A stretch of 64,000 nt of DNA from Eledone cirrhosa (taxonomy: Eukaryota). The notes beneath the pieces are model-generated. The model made no database searches. It saw only the letters and a program-made list of their open reading frames with translations, and had not been told where the DNA came from. The stretch spans positions 4,278,001 to 4,342,000 of the forward strand of contig OZ024742.1 of NCBI GenBank assembly GCA_964016885.1, given 5' to 3'. Made by a program: the position numbers and the translations under genes. Positions 24,728 through 38,478 of this stretch are shown here, piece after piece; position 1 is the first letter of the stretch, and each line of letters opens with the position of its first letter.

Positions 24728-27700
24728 TCCTCGATAAGAGTGTTTAAATGTCGAACCTAAACAGTTCGAAGAACGGTGAAGTGGAGACTAGAATGTCATG
24801 TGACAGAGCCTAACCCAGCAGGTGCTCCCTGGCTCAGCAGCAGGGACCTGGCTGTCAACCAAATACTGCTGGTGTCGGATGAAGAAGAAGAAAAGGGACC
24901 AGAACCAACTGGACGAAAGAATTGAATAGAACTGTTATGAAATGTTTCCTGAAGAGTAACCCCAAGGAGAAAGGCTATAGGAAACGGATGCATAACATCT
25001 GGAAGGAGATTGGTCTATTTAAATTAGATGAACAAAAATTGGCCGGGCAGGCTCGGGTAATAAGAACTAATGGGTGGATAAGCAAGCTGGAACTGGAGGA
25101 ACTGAGCAGAGAGATTAGCTTGGAGATGGAGAGTGGAGTATGCCAGGCAAACGAGCCAGTTGGAAATGAAGGTGAAGAGGTTGAGAGAACGGAGGAACCA
25201 TCCTAAGCAGACAATGATCTGAATGCTGAAATAAAAATATCTGGAACAATGATACGGCCATTGAGGAAGTGAATGCTGACGGGCTAGGACAAGATTTGGT
25301 TGATATTCTAAACTTAGTGGTAGATGAAATGAACAATGATAGTGGGAAACCTATGAACCTAAGATTTGTAGACAGGAAAAAGTTAAAAGAAACAACAGCT
25401 AATGTAAACAAAGTCATCCCATACCTGGAGGCGAGGAACCTTTACCAATGCAACCATATCCTCAAAGCAACAGCAAATGCGGTGACGAAATTACTTGGCA
25501 TAAAAACGAGAGGAAACAACAAACAAGAAAGATCAGAACCTTGGTGAAAGAAACGACTGAGTGGTCAAATCAGGGAAATGAGAAATGACATTGGGAAGCT
25601 TGAGTTCCTACTGAATGGGACACTAAAAAATATAGACACTAAAAATAGACTGGAAATAAAGTACAAAACTAGGAGGAAAAAGCTAAATATTATCATAGAG
25701 GAACTGAAGCAACGCATTGTAGCAAAGAGTGCAAAGATTAGGCGATATGAGAGCAGAGTCAGTCAGTATAGATAGAACCGCATGTTTGACAACAACCAGA
25801 AGATGTTGTTTGGACAGCTTGAAGGGAAAGAAAGAGGCAACGACTTGATCCCTAAGGCGGAACAGACTAAGACATTCTGGAGAGGAATATGGGAGCAGGA
25901 TGTTGAACATAATGATCAGGCAGTGTGGATTGAGACAGTACAAAAGGAGATTAGTGAACAAGCACACCAACAAATTGATTTGAGTATCACAGTTGAAACT
26001 CTTAAAGGGCATGCCAAAAAACTAAACAAATGGAAATTACCAGGCCCAGATGGTGTACAGGGGTATTGGATAAAAAATATAACATCCCTCCACCCGAAAC
26101 TGACAACCATGTTCAATGACAGATTGATGTCGGGTGAGGTACCAGAGTGGTTGACAAAAGGTACCACAGTTCTGGTAATGAAAGACCGAATCGAGGGTAA
26201 TGATGTTACCAAATATAGGCCCATCACATGTCTGTCCGTAATGTGGAAACTGTTAACAAGCATTGTGTCTGAGGAAATCTACCATCACCTCCACATTAAA
26301 AACTTGCTGCCGGACGAACAGAAAGGATGCCGAAAGATGTCCCGTGGTACAAAAGACCAGTTACTTATTGATAAGATGGTCATGAGGAATTGCAAGAGGA
26401 GACACACTGGTCTTGCCATCGGATGGATAGACCTCAAAAAGTCATTCGATATGGTACCTCATTCTTGGATAACCAACAGCCTAGAGATCTTCAAGGTGGC
26501 AGATAACATCAGACAGTTGTTGAGCAAAAGTATGAAGTTCTGGGAAACAGAGTTAACATCAGCTGGAGAATCCTTGGGAGACGTGAAGATCAAGAGAGGT
26601 ATCTTCCAGGGAGATAGTTTGTCCCCTCTGCTGTTTGTCCTTGCCCTGATACCCCTGACCATTATATTGCGAAAAGTGAGAGCAGGATACAAGTTTGGAA
26701 AAGGAGGTCTTACCATCAACCACGTCCTCTTCATGCACGATCTTAAACTCTTTCGGAAGAGTGAGGAGTTGGATGTTGTTGTTGACACTGTCCGTATTTT
26801 CAGCAATGATATATGTATAGAATTTGGTATTAATAAGTGTGGAGTCCTAGTGATGAAGAGGGGTAAATTGAACAGAAACAATGGAATCCAGGTACCAACA
26901 GGTGAGATGATAAAGGAAATTTACACTGAGGGGGGATACAAATATTTAGGTGTTCTGGAGGCAGATGACATCAAGAACAAAATAAAATGGGGAATTGATA
27001 ACATCTGAGTACATAAGGAGAGTAAGGAGCGTATTAAAATCAGATTTAAATAGTAGGAATATCATAAGTGCAGTGAATTCCCTAGCTGTGTCTATTATTA
27101 GGTACAGTGCGGGAATTCTGAAATGGAATGTTGCTGAACAAAAAGAAATGGATAGGAAGACAAGGAAGCTATTGACTATCTACAACATGTTCCACAAGAG
27201 GAGTGATGTCGATAGAATCAACTTAAGGAGCTCTGAAGGTGGAAGAGGTCTTATCAACGCAGAGGACTGTGTTCAGATGGAGAAAAACAACCTACACAAA
27301 TACGTGACTGACAGTAATGAGCCAATGCTCAGAATTGTACTGAAGGAGAGGACGATAGACCAGGGGATGTCCAAGGAGGAAATAACAACAAGGAGGAAGA
27401 GCAACCTTCATGAAAAATCCCTTCATAGTACCTTCTTTGAGAAAACTGAATTTAGAGATCCACAGACATGGAACTGGTTAAAAAGAGGAGACCTTAAAAA
27501 GGCTATAGAAGGAATGCTAATGGCTGTGCAAGAGCAGGCCCTCAGAACGACGTGGTTGAAAACCATATTTACAAGGAGGAGGCTAGCCCACTGTGTAGGA
27601 TCTGTGGGGAGAGAGAGGAGACTGTGGCTCACATTGTATCCGAGTTCAAACACCGAGCCCAGACTCACTATAAGGGCTGGAGACATGATGTGGCTGGCAG

Positions 27701-28244
27701 GATGATCCACTGGTACCTATGCAAAGTAAACAATTTACCACATTCTGAGAAGGTGTATGAGCATAAGCCAGAGTCGGTGATAGAAAACGATCAGGTGAAG
27801 GTGCTATGGGATTTTAGGATACAGACGGACAAGAAATTAGAACACAATAGGCCTGACATGGTAGTTTTGGACAAGGAGGAAAAAAGATCGTGCCTGATTG
27901 TAGATGTACCCTGCCCATTTGACACGAGAGTGCAGGAAAAGGAGAGGGAGAAAATGAACCGATACCAGGACTTAAAGTGGGAGTTAAAAAGAATTTAGAA
28001 CAGCCATGAAGTCAAGGTCGTCCCGATTGTCATAGGCGCACTAGGTACTATCTCAAAGAGTTTCCAGTGATGGTTAAAGAAGATTATTCCAGCCCTGCTT
28101 TTTGGAACACTTCAAAAGGCATGCTTGCTGGGAACAGCAAGAACCCCCCGATACGTCCTGAATATCTGAGGCTGCAGGTAGCGGCTTGATATTCATTTCA
28201 ACAAACTTTCCAGTTAAATAACATCAATGACTGAGACTCAAAGA
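24728..28244 (+). mobile_element. Near full-length R4/Dong-like element, inactivated
   Basis: ORFs 24922-27998: PGPDG, YRPITCL, QGDSLSP, FMHDLK (catalytic Asp lost), CCHC finger and REL domain; same family as 22696-24222. Confidence 0.95.
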
Positions 28245-28280
28245 ACAATAATATAAATAATGATAAAATAATAATAATAA

Positions 28281-28465
28281 TTGTTTCTACTTTTTGGCAC
28301 AAGCCCAGCAATTAACCAGTGCATTACTGGTACTTTATTTTATTGACCCCATAAGGATGAAAGGCAAAGTTAACCATGGCGGGATTTGAAATCAGAATGG
28401 CAAGGGCCGTAACTCTATGCGTCAAAGCATGGCGTGCGACCCTCTACCAATACTGCCAATTCACA
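28281..28465 (-). mobile_element. tRNA-derived SINE family 1, decayed
   Basis: Shared core aactttgcctttcatcc...ggtcgataaa...gtaccagt seen in at least 8 copies in the window. Confidence 0.75.
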
Positions 28466-28659
28466 AATGATGAAGAAATAATTATAGCCATGATGATGAT
28501 AATAATAATTTTAAAGTAAAAATGCAATAGATAGTGTATAGGTCTGGTTTCAATAACTACAATGGCTTTGATTCTTTATCAACGTTCGATTATAGTAACA
28601 GATCACCACAAGTCTCCTCCATCCATTATAGCTTTCATAATTCGTTTTGTTCCGTATCG

Positions 28660-29062
28660 GTGTGTATGTGTGACTATATATATGAGAGTGTGTATGTGTG
28701 ACTATATATATGTGTGAGTGTGTATGTGTGACGATATATGTATGAGTGTGTATGTGTGACTATATATATATGTGTGAGTGTGTATGTGTGACTATATATG
28801 TGAGAATGTGTAAGTGTGACTATATATGTATGAGTGTGTATGTGTGACTATATATATGTGAGTGTGTATATGTGACTATATGTGAGTGAGTGTGTATGTG
28901 TGAATATATGTGTGAGTATGTGTGTGTGACTATATATGTGTGAGAGTGTATGTGTGAATATATATGTGTGTGTGGGTGTATGTGTGGGTGTGTAAGTGTG
29001 ACTATATATATGTGTGTGTAAGTGTGTATGTGTGAATATATATATATGTGAGAGTGTATGTG

Positions 29063-29070
<8 letters not shown>
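28660..29070. repeat. Degenerate 26-30 bp minisatellite (gagtgtgtatgtgtgactatatat)
   Basis: Direct reading. Confidence 0.9.
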
Positions 29071-29111
<41 letters not shown>

Positions 29112-29114
<3 letters not shown>

Positions 29115-31091
29115 TTTTGCTAGGTTTTTTTATATGAAATCGTGTGTCGAAACAAATATTGTTATACTTGGGGAGGGTCATATTTGTGTAATATTGCCAG
29201 AATTAATAACAGAACACACTCACTGTTTGGTTGGTTTTCGCTTTTCGCTTCTGTGTCTTTTATATCGGTAATCTAATTTATTCGGTCCTCAATGTTACCA
29301 TTGACTGACCGACGGTCAAAAATAATACAGATACAATATAGACACAAACACATATATATAGTTTATCAAAGTTCTTTCGTTGCACATCTGCAACATCGTC
29401 AGTGGTGCTATTGTTTCCTCCCGTTACATTGTATGTCTACACCATTTTTATTTAGTCTGTCTATATATTTATTTATTTATTTGTTTGTTTGTTTATTTTA
29501 TTTTGTCTTCTTTGCGCATGCGTTTGCGTGTGTGTATAGTGTTTTGTTTGATGTGTGTTCGTGATTGGGTGACTAATGTGTGTTTATATGTGTTTGTGTA
29601 TGTATTTATTTATTTATTTATCTATTTATTTATTTATTTATTTATACTTCTCTTAGGTCAGTGTTGTTTGTTTGGGTGTTGTTGTTATTCCATTCACTCT
29701 TTCTGTTTATTCTTGGCCTTCTAAGTTCTATTTCACTGGCCTCTCTGATTTTCCTATCTGCTGGGTCATTTCTATGTTTAGATATTATTCTAATTTCTAT
29801 GTTGTCTATGTTACCGTCGTGTTGTTGTCTGGCATGTTCGTATAGTACTGACCCGTTTTTTCGTCCTTTTAGTTCCCCCCAGTGTTGGTCTATCCTTTCA
29901 CCTATGCTACGAGCTGTCTCACCTATGTATGTTGTTGTCATGTTTCTGCAAATACCCTCTGTACATCTTATGCAATAGACTACGTTTCTAGTTTTACAGT
30001 TTATCCGGGGGTTTACCTTACATATGATACATTTCCTATTAATACAGTGGGTTTTCTTAAAAGGGTAGGTTTTGCTGATCAGGGATTTTATGGTGGTTCC
30101 TGGCTTTTCTATCACCTTAATCTTTAAGTGGGTCTTTGTCAGGGCCTTTCTACACTGGTTAGCTAATTTTAAGAAAACTCACTGTACTAATAGGAAATGT
30201 ATCATATGTAAGGTAAACCCCCGGATAAACTGTAAAACTAGAAACGTAGTCTATAGCATAAGATGTACAGAGGGTACTTGCAGAAACATGACAACATACA
30301 TAGGCGAGACAGCTCGTAGCATAGGTGAAAGGATAGACCAACACTGGGGGGAACTAAAAGGACGAAAAAATCGGGTCAGTACTATACGAACATGCCAGAC
30401 AACAACACGACGGTAACATAGACAACATAGAAATTAGAATAATATCTAAACATAGAAATGACCCAGCAGATAGGAAAATCAGAGAGGCCAGTGAAATAGA
30501 ACTTAGAAGGCCAAGAATAAACAGAAAGAATGAATGGAATAACAACAACACCCAAACAAACAACACTGACCTAAGAGAAGTATAAATAAATAAATAAATA
30601 AATAAATAGATAAATAAATAAATAAATACATACACAAGCACAATAACAACAAACACATATAAACACACACTAGTCACCCAATCACGAACACACATCAAAC
30701 AAAACACTATACACACGCGCAAACGCATGCGCAAAGAAGACAAAATAAAATAAACAAACAAACAAATAAATAAATAAATATATAGACAGACTAAATAAAA
30801 ATGGCGTAGACATACAATGTAACGGGAGGAAACAATAGCACCACTGACGATGTTGCAGATGTGCAACGAAAGAACTTTGATAAACTATATATATATGTGT
30901 TTGTGTCTATATTGTATCTGTATTATTTTTGACCATCGGTCAGTCAATGGTAACATTGAGGACCGAATAAATTAGATTACCGATATAAAAGACACAGAAG
31001 CGAAAAGCGAAAACCAACCAAACAGTGAGTGTGTTCTGTTATTAATTCTGGCAATATTACACAAATATGACCCTCCCCAAGTATAACAATA
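29112..31091. mobile_element. PLE family B 3' end as an inverted duplication of about 910 bp with 104-bp spacer
   Basis: 29156-30062 versus 30167-31091; GIY-YIG ORF 29642..30115 on minus, mirrored on plus; HHRs at 29365-29406 (-) and 30839-30882 (+). Confidence 0.93.
30839..30882 (+). ncRNA. Hammerhead of PLE family B
   Basis: cca CTGACGA t gttgca gatg tgcaac GAAA gaac TT tga. Confidence 0.7.
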
Positions 31092-31119
31092 TATATATAT
31101 ATATGTGTGGGTATATATA

Positions 31120-31164
31120 TTCCTGATGATTTCTCCCGAATGAAACAGTTCTAGTCCTGTAGAA
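31120..31164 (+). ncRNA. Near-solitary type I hammerhead between microsatellites
   Basis: ttc CTGATGA tttc tccc gaat GAAAC ag ttctagtc ct GTA gaa. Confidence 0.8.
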
Positions 31165-31180
31165 GCCATTTCTATATTAA

Positions 31181-31333
<153 letters not shown>

Positions 31334-33184
31334 GTGTGTAATCCATGACCGTTGTTCGAACAAACATCCATAATCACTGGAACAGACACCCCATAATCCT
31401 CCTCCATCGATCTCACTTTTCATAAACAGTTGTGGACCAGTGGCAGGAAGATTAGCCCAAGCTATCCATGTGATTTGAATCCCAAGACGGAATGTGAACT
31501 GCAAATAAAAAGTTCCCGACTACATACCGCAAGGCATATCGTCTATAAATTTAAAATAATCCAAATTGTAATAATTTGTAGGATACACAAGTCTTTTTTT
31601 TAACTCCCTTCTTAATGTCCTCACTAGTGAACAATAATAATAAAAAACATGCCCCTCGCCGTTATTTTATCGAGCTCGAATGAATGAAAGCTTACTTCAG
31701 CAGAGTTTGAAATCCGAGCCCCGAGAGTCGAAACAACTCTACCAATTCACTTCCCTTCTAGTAAGATACAGATATTTTACTCTCAAAACACGATCGCAGT
31801 CAGAATTAATTTTTCTAAATAATATAAACGTGATAATTCATTTTCAAGTCAGACAGTTTTAAATTTGGCTTCCGGAAAGTATATTTCATTATAATATTTG
31901 AAAATATCCAACAAGAGTTAGAAAAATTCCAACTGTAATATTCATGACATTTTAACGCTCATGCAACTTATAAATTTGATATTTAAATTATATTAAATCA
32001 TTTTCTAAATTTGTTCACGTAAAACCCCATGAAACATCATTTAAAATGTTACCAAACACCTCCAGGTTATATTACTTGTATCCCGAGGAAAATTTTCTTA
32101 TACTATCTTGAAATCATCATGATATTATTTATGAAGCGAATATTTGTCGATGGAATGTAATGGAAACAATCTATCGTTAGTTAACTAACCTTTTTAAAAC
32201 AATAGATATCTCAACTGTTTGTTTTAATTAAACAGCTGTGTTAAATATTTACTGAGTGGAAATGAAAACATGTCTCTCCTTAATGTTATAACACAAACTT
32301 ATACCTGAGTGGGTTATGCTTTTGAAATGAAGGAAACTAGCTATCAAGTTAAACCCTGATAGAAGAAACCACCAATAAGATAGTCAGAAGTCGTTTATCT
32401 TAGGCAAAAGGCGTATTAAATATCATAACCATGAATGGGGGTGGAATAAGGGGTCGCAATCACGTGGCTGTAATGTTCTGTTATGTGGTGAGGATTGATG
32501 TGAGGGAAGTGTGTGACTCATATGGGTATGCGATAAATATGAAAATTGAATGAATGGGGATTACATATTCAATCCTGAGCAAAATATGAGTCCAAGAAAT
32601 GTTTTGAATTCAGCACATCACAGTTTTCGATTTCACTAAAATGAATAACTAATTTTTGGTGCAATCGATTAAATAGGTTGATTATACGGGTTTGTTTTTG
32701 AAATAACAATTCTGTTTGAATGTAAGTCCAGGGCTTTGCAGATTTTCACCAAATATAAATACACCTAGGGACACAAGAGCTGTAATATAACATAGATGCA
32801 TATCTTACAACAGGGATCGGGGGGGGGGGGGGGTTCTAAAACATTAGAATATAGGGACGTGGGAAATATTTAAACCTACACATATAAAACCGCATGAAAA
32901 AGTTTTTGGTTCTAAATTATAAATTTTTTATTTTTTTATTTCAAACGTTCATATTTATTTAAAAAACACATTCAATCCTAATTGTAAGTTATGTTCGTTT
33001 TCATTCTTTACTTGAAAACAGAGAATTAACTTTCCTTCCCTTAATCATGCACAATGATCTTGGGGGATAAATATGTTCTTTGTACATAAACCACAGCAAA
33101 TGGACTATGTGAAGTCACAGATCCTTTGGCCGTCCAAAAACATCTGACTGATAAAATGACAAGTCAGTCAATCATATTGGTGGC

Positions 33185-33495
33185 CTCCCCACAGCCCCGG
33201 CGGACAGAATAGAGAAGGCGTTTCACCGGATGACGGCAAGGGAGACGCGCTGGAAAATCCATTCCAGCTCGCGGGGCTCACACCTGCGGCTGGCCAGCTC
33301 AGCGCCTATGGTGGTGAGTAGGGAGGTAGCCCTAAGGCCGAGGACACCAGAAGTCTCCACTGCCAAGGGTACGGCCGCAAACCTGTCAGAGAGCGACCGG
33401 TATTTGAAGAGTTTGGCCTACTCAGCCCGACGTGCAGCAGAACCTGGGTTAGTCGCAGACTGCACCAGGTTGCGAAACACAATAAGTGTATCAGG
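33185..33495 (-). mobile_element. CRE-clade non-LTR retrotransposon 3' fragment (REL C-terminus)
   Basis: My translation: GSAARRAE*AKLFKYRSL...PLAVETSGVLG...IFQRVSLAVIR*NAFSIL; GC-rich relative to flanks. Confidence 0.8.
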
Positions 33496-33961
33496 TACAA
33501 AATTTTGATTTTATTTTTGTCAACAAGATTTGTAAATCATAGACAGTTGATGTCATCGTAGATATGGTAACGTTTAGTGAAAGTAAAATATTCCAGTTTG
33601 TGGTATCGGAAGATGTAGGGTGCGTTAAAAAATTACATATGACATACTGCTATCGAATGAAAAATTCTTCATAGATTAAGAACAACAGAAAATAATGAAA
33701 AAATAGTTACGTATAATGCTTGATGATAGAATACGTTAGCCTAGCGGTGATATCAGCGTTATATGGAAGCCATTTTGAGAGATTTAATATATTAAGAGCT
33801 TAACAGTCATTGTGTGTTGTTGAATACTATAGTTTTCCTATGGAAACATAGCTGGCATGTTATAAATTTGACTTACAACTATGATGTACCTATACAAAGA
33901 TAAGATACATGATTTTCAGCTAAAAAGAGGCAAAATTAAAACGTAAAACGCACACACACAG

Positions 33962-34030
<69 letters not shown>

Positions 34031-34487
34031 CGTGTGTGTGTGTGTGAATATATATATATATGTGTGTGTGTATATATGTGCGTGCGTGTGAATATATATG
34101 TGTGTGTGTATATATATGTGTGTGTGCGTGAGTATATATATATATGTGTGTGTGTATATATATATATGTGTGGGTGTATATTGACGTGTGTGTATCTATG
34201 TGTATGTGTTCATACACACATATTAAGAAATGCTTTACAAGTCCCCAAAATTACCACGTTAATACATTGTAGTCAGTTTTTCAAATGATTATCATTTATT
34301 ATTCATTACGTGAAATATAATTAACAAATCGATTAATAATCTTTTAAAAGCAGTTTTTGTGGTTGTTTTTGTTTTAAGCTGTCAATCTAAATTTATTCTC
34401 GTAATACCATTTGAAATTTTGTCTTGGAATACAGGAAGTTTATCATAGCAAACACGAATTTTCAATAACTTCTGTTTCTTCTCCAAA

Positions 34488-36048
34488 TCCAGACAACAAT
34501 AACATTCCACCTTATTTAACCCTTTTGCTACCAACCCACGAACAACCGTCTCCAGACAACAATGACATTCCACCTTATTTAATCCTTTTGCTACCAACCC
34601 ACGAACAACCGTCTCCAGACAACAATGACATTCCACCTTATTTAACCCTTTTGCTACCAACCCACGAACAACCGTCTCCAGACAACAATGACATTCCACC
34701 TTATTTAACCCTTTTGCTACCAACCCACGAACAACCGTCTCCAGACAACAATGACATTCCACCTTATTTAACCCTTTTGCTACCAACCCACGAACAACCG
34801 TCTCCAGACAACAATAACATTCCACCTTATTTAACCCTTTTGCTACCAACCCACGAACAACCGTCTCCAGACAACAATGACATTCCACCTTATTTAACCC
34901 TTTTGCTACCAACCCACGAACAACCGTCTCCAGACAACAATAACATTCCACCTTATTTAACCCTTTTGCTACCAACCCACGAACAACCGTCTCCAGACAA
35001 CAATAACATTCCACCTTATTTAACCCTTTTGCTACCAACCCACGAACAACCGTCTCCAGACAACAATAACATTCCACCTTATTTAACCCTTTTGCTACCA
35101 ACCCACGAACAACCGTCTCCAGACAACAATGACATTCCACCTTATTTAACCCTTTTGCTACCAACCCACGAACAACCGTCTCCAGACAACAATGACATTC
35201 CACCTTATTTAATCCTTTTGCTACCAACCCACGAACAACCGTCTCCAGACAACAATGACATTCTACCTTATTTAACCCTTTTGCTACCAACCCACGAACA
35301 ACCGTCTCCAGACAACAATGACATTCTACCTTATTTAACCCTTTTGCTACCAACCCACGAACAACCGTCTCCAGACAACAATAACATTCCACCTTATTTA
35401 ACCCTTTTGCTACCAACCCACGAACAACCGTCTCCAGACAACAATGACATTCCACCTTATTTAATCCTTTTGCTACCAACCCATGAACAACCGTCTCCAG
35501 ACAACAATGACATTCCACCTTATTTAATCCTTTTGCTACCAACCCACGAACAACCGTCTCCAGACAACAATAACATTCCACCTTATTTAATCCTTTTGCT
35601 ACCAACCCACGAACAACCGTCTCCAGACAACAATAACATTCCATCTTATTTAATCCTTTTGCTACCAACCCACGAACAACCGTCTCCAGACAACAATGAC
35701 ATTCCACCTTATTTAATCCTTTTGCTACCAACCCACGAACAACCGTCTCCAGACAACAATAACATTCCACCTTATTTAACCCTTTTGCTACCAACCCACG
35801 AACAACCGTCTCCAGACAACAATGACATTCCACCTTATTTAACCCTTTTGCTACCAACCCACGAACAACCGTCTCCAGACAACAATGACATTCCATCTTA
35901 TTTAACCCTTTTGCTTCCAACCCACGAAAAACCGTCTCCAGACAACAATGACATTCCACCTTATTTAATCCATTTGCTACCAACCCACGAAAAACCGTCT
36001 CCAGACAACAATGACATTCCACCTTATTTAACCCTTTTGCTACCAACC
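34488..36048. repeat. 63-bp minisatellite, 24 full units plus a partial unit
   Basis: Unit tccagacaacaatgacattccaccttatttaacccttttgctaccaacccacgaacaaccgtc; exact 63-bp period. Confidence 0.98.
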
Positions 36049-36176
36049 GACTCTCATTCTAATCTAAAAAGCTGCATCTTCTGTTTGTTTAAAAGTGTTT
36101 GTTTATCTAAAAACATTCCATCCTAATTTTATTGAATTAAGATTCATAGACATGTGGTAACGAAAGTGTTTTTTAA
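36028..36176. mobile_element. Probable decayed TTAA-type MITE
   Basis: ttaacccttttgctacca at left; tggtaacgaaagtgtt at 36155-36170 is a 13/16 inverted match. Confidence 0.5.
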
Positions 36177-38157
36177 GTGGGCCACGAATTAACTAAACCT
36201 GGAATTATATTGTCCATTGTATGAATGAGTGTGGCTTAGTAGTTAGGGTGATCGGCTCACCATTGTAAGGTGCTATGTTTGATTCCCAATGATTCAAAAG
36301 ACCAGCCTTGTAACACACTAAGCTACGCTGAATTTCCTGTGAATTACAATTAGGGTGCACATGTATGTGAAACACTCAACCACATAATTTCCTGAGAATT
36401 TGGTTATAGTCTCTTGGGGGATAGGTGGCCCTGTATGTGACCTCTTGATGACAAGTAGGCATAGTTCTCTGATAATACACCTCCTTTACATGAAAATAAA
36501 GATTTACACAATATTATGTGACAAGTTAACACGATTTGAGTTGATATTTCAATTACTAAATATAAATCATTTATAAACGGTCTTCAAAAAATCTAAATCT
36601 ATTCTATATTTCAAAGCTATTCACTGATTACTAAAGCTGCATTCAATAAAATGTTTCTCATTTTAAGACATTCATTCGAAACATTTTTGTTGACAATTCA
36701 ATTATATGTAAACAGTGGAGGCATGTGGGCTAGTGGACTAACAATCATAATGTTGTGGGTTGTGTTCTTCAGCAAAACACTTCATTTCACGTTGCTCCAG
36801 TATACTCAGCTGGAAATCAGTACCAGTAATAGCTGGCAGTTTAACCTTTAGGTACTACTTCATAATATAGGCAAACCTTATTATGATTGATACTGTTATT
36901 ATGAAGTTTGTGATACAGAAATAACATGATGAGTTTAGAGCAGGGGACACTTTATATTTAATACAGAAAGATGAAACCTGAAGACTTTCGCACATAAATA
37001 TTAACATCTTTCAAGATATACTTTTCTTTCTTTATAAAAACATCTATAGATTATTTATAAAAGCTAATGTTATAGTTTTTTCTCTCCGATATTTTTAACG
37101 ACTTTATTTATACGGCTTCATTGATTTTACATTTAATTATTATTATAAATCTTTAAAACTTTATTTTGAGAAGAAAGCACTAAGAGGCGTTAATACTGAC
37201 TAGACTATAAAATTGAATGTTTACAGCATAGAATATATATATATATATATAATGTTGTAAAGTTACCTTATTACATATAATAAAAAATATTTTCAAATAT
37301 TGGCTGCTGTTAAATATTATGTCATCTCATGAGGACTGAAATATAAATAATTGATTTTTTTTGTCGTATATAGCTAGTGTTGGAGGAGGGGGTGTATGTG
37401 TGTGTGTGCAAAAAGGTAATCATTGAAGGAGGCAAACTAGATGAATAACAAGAACATCTAAGGAAATAAAAGAGTGGGGTGAGAAGAAATGGAGCAAGGG
37501 TGAGATATGTGTATAAAGGTACAAGTTGTTACGTAGTTGTTTAAAAGTAGAGATTTGTAGGTGTGAGGGAAGCTACTGTGTCCTGATGTACGTGATATAT
37601 ATTAAATCCATATGGAATTATGATAGTGTAGGAGGATTAGAATATATAGTCTGTGACCGTTTCTTCCTAGAACTTTTCTAATTCTTTAATATTTAACTCG
37701 TTTGAGTTGAAATGGAAATTCAGTTTGTTGAAAAAGTGTTGGCGTTTATCATAGCTACGGATTATTTGCGCTTTACTACGAATCTGTCGTTTTAGATGTT
37801 TTCAGTTATTTCCTTTTGTGTATTTACTAAATTTTAAATATATCTATTTCCTAAATGTATTGCTTTTTTATTTCATTTAACGTTGAGAGGTATTTTCTCA
37901 TATATTTAGCATGTTTGTTTTTTATATTCGTTATTCATATTTCTGTGGGTTTTGCTATTTTTATTATTGTAGATCTAACTCATACCTAATTTGTTTTATA
38001 ACTACACTGTCTACTGCATAAATATAATGTCATTTAACCTTGTAATTCTAATGTTATTTTTGTTTGTGTTAAGGTATCATCCTAGGTTAGCATTGTTACT
38101 GTAGAATTTTATTACTAGAAGTATATTCATTGGTCCATAAAGAGACCTAGGGTAAAT

Positions 38158-38478
38158 ACCCCCTTCAGTCATGAATGACCATAGGATTTGCACCTAGAGA
38201 GTTCCCCTCCGAGGCACAAGTCTGGGTAAGGTTGTTTGTGGAAGACCATAAGTCACCCATTCATACCATTCTCCACTCTCCACGCCACCAATGATGTCCA
38301 AGGGAAAGGCAATGGACGATACAGCTTGACACCAGTGATGTCGTAACTCATTTCTACAGCTGAGTTAAGTGGAGCAACTTGAAAATAAAGTGTCTTGATG
38401 AAGGACACAATGCCTCACCCGGTCCAAGAATTGATCTCACAACCTTCCGTTTGCAAGCCCAATGCTCTAACCATAAAG
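38158..38478 (-). mobile_element. tRNA-derived SINE family 2
   Basis: Minus strand tggttagagcattgg...caattcttgg head, then ttgtgtccttcatcaagacactttattt...gttgctcca; fragments near 36228, 36717, 43960, 51860 and 55670. Confidence 0.8.

Noticed and set aside
34382-36126. 554-aa Cys-rich and 571-aa Pro-rich ORFs as real genes
   Set aside because: A 63-bp unit is 21 codons, so one stop-free unit gives a long ORF automatically; both strands are open and the unit looks transposon-derived
36228-36290. tRNA gene candidates at A/B-box-like sequences (also 38410-38478, 59205-59295)
   Set aside because: No full cloverleaf; they run into SINE bodies
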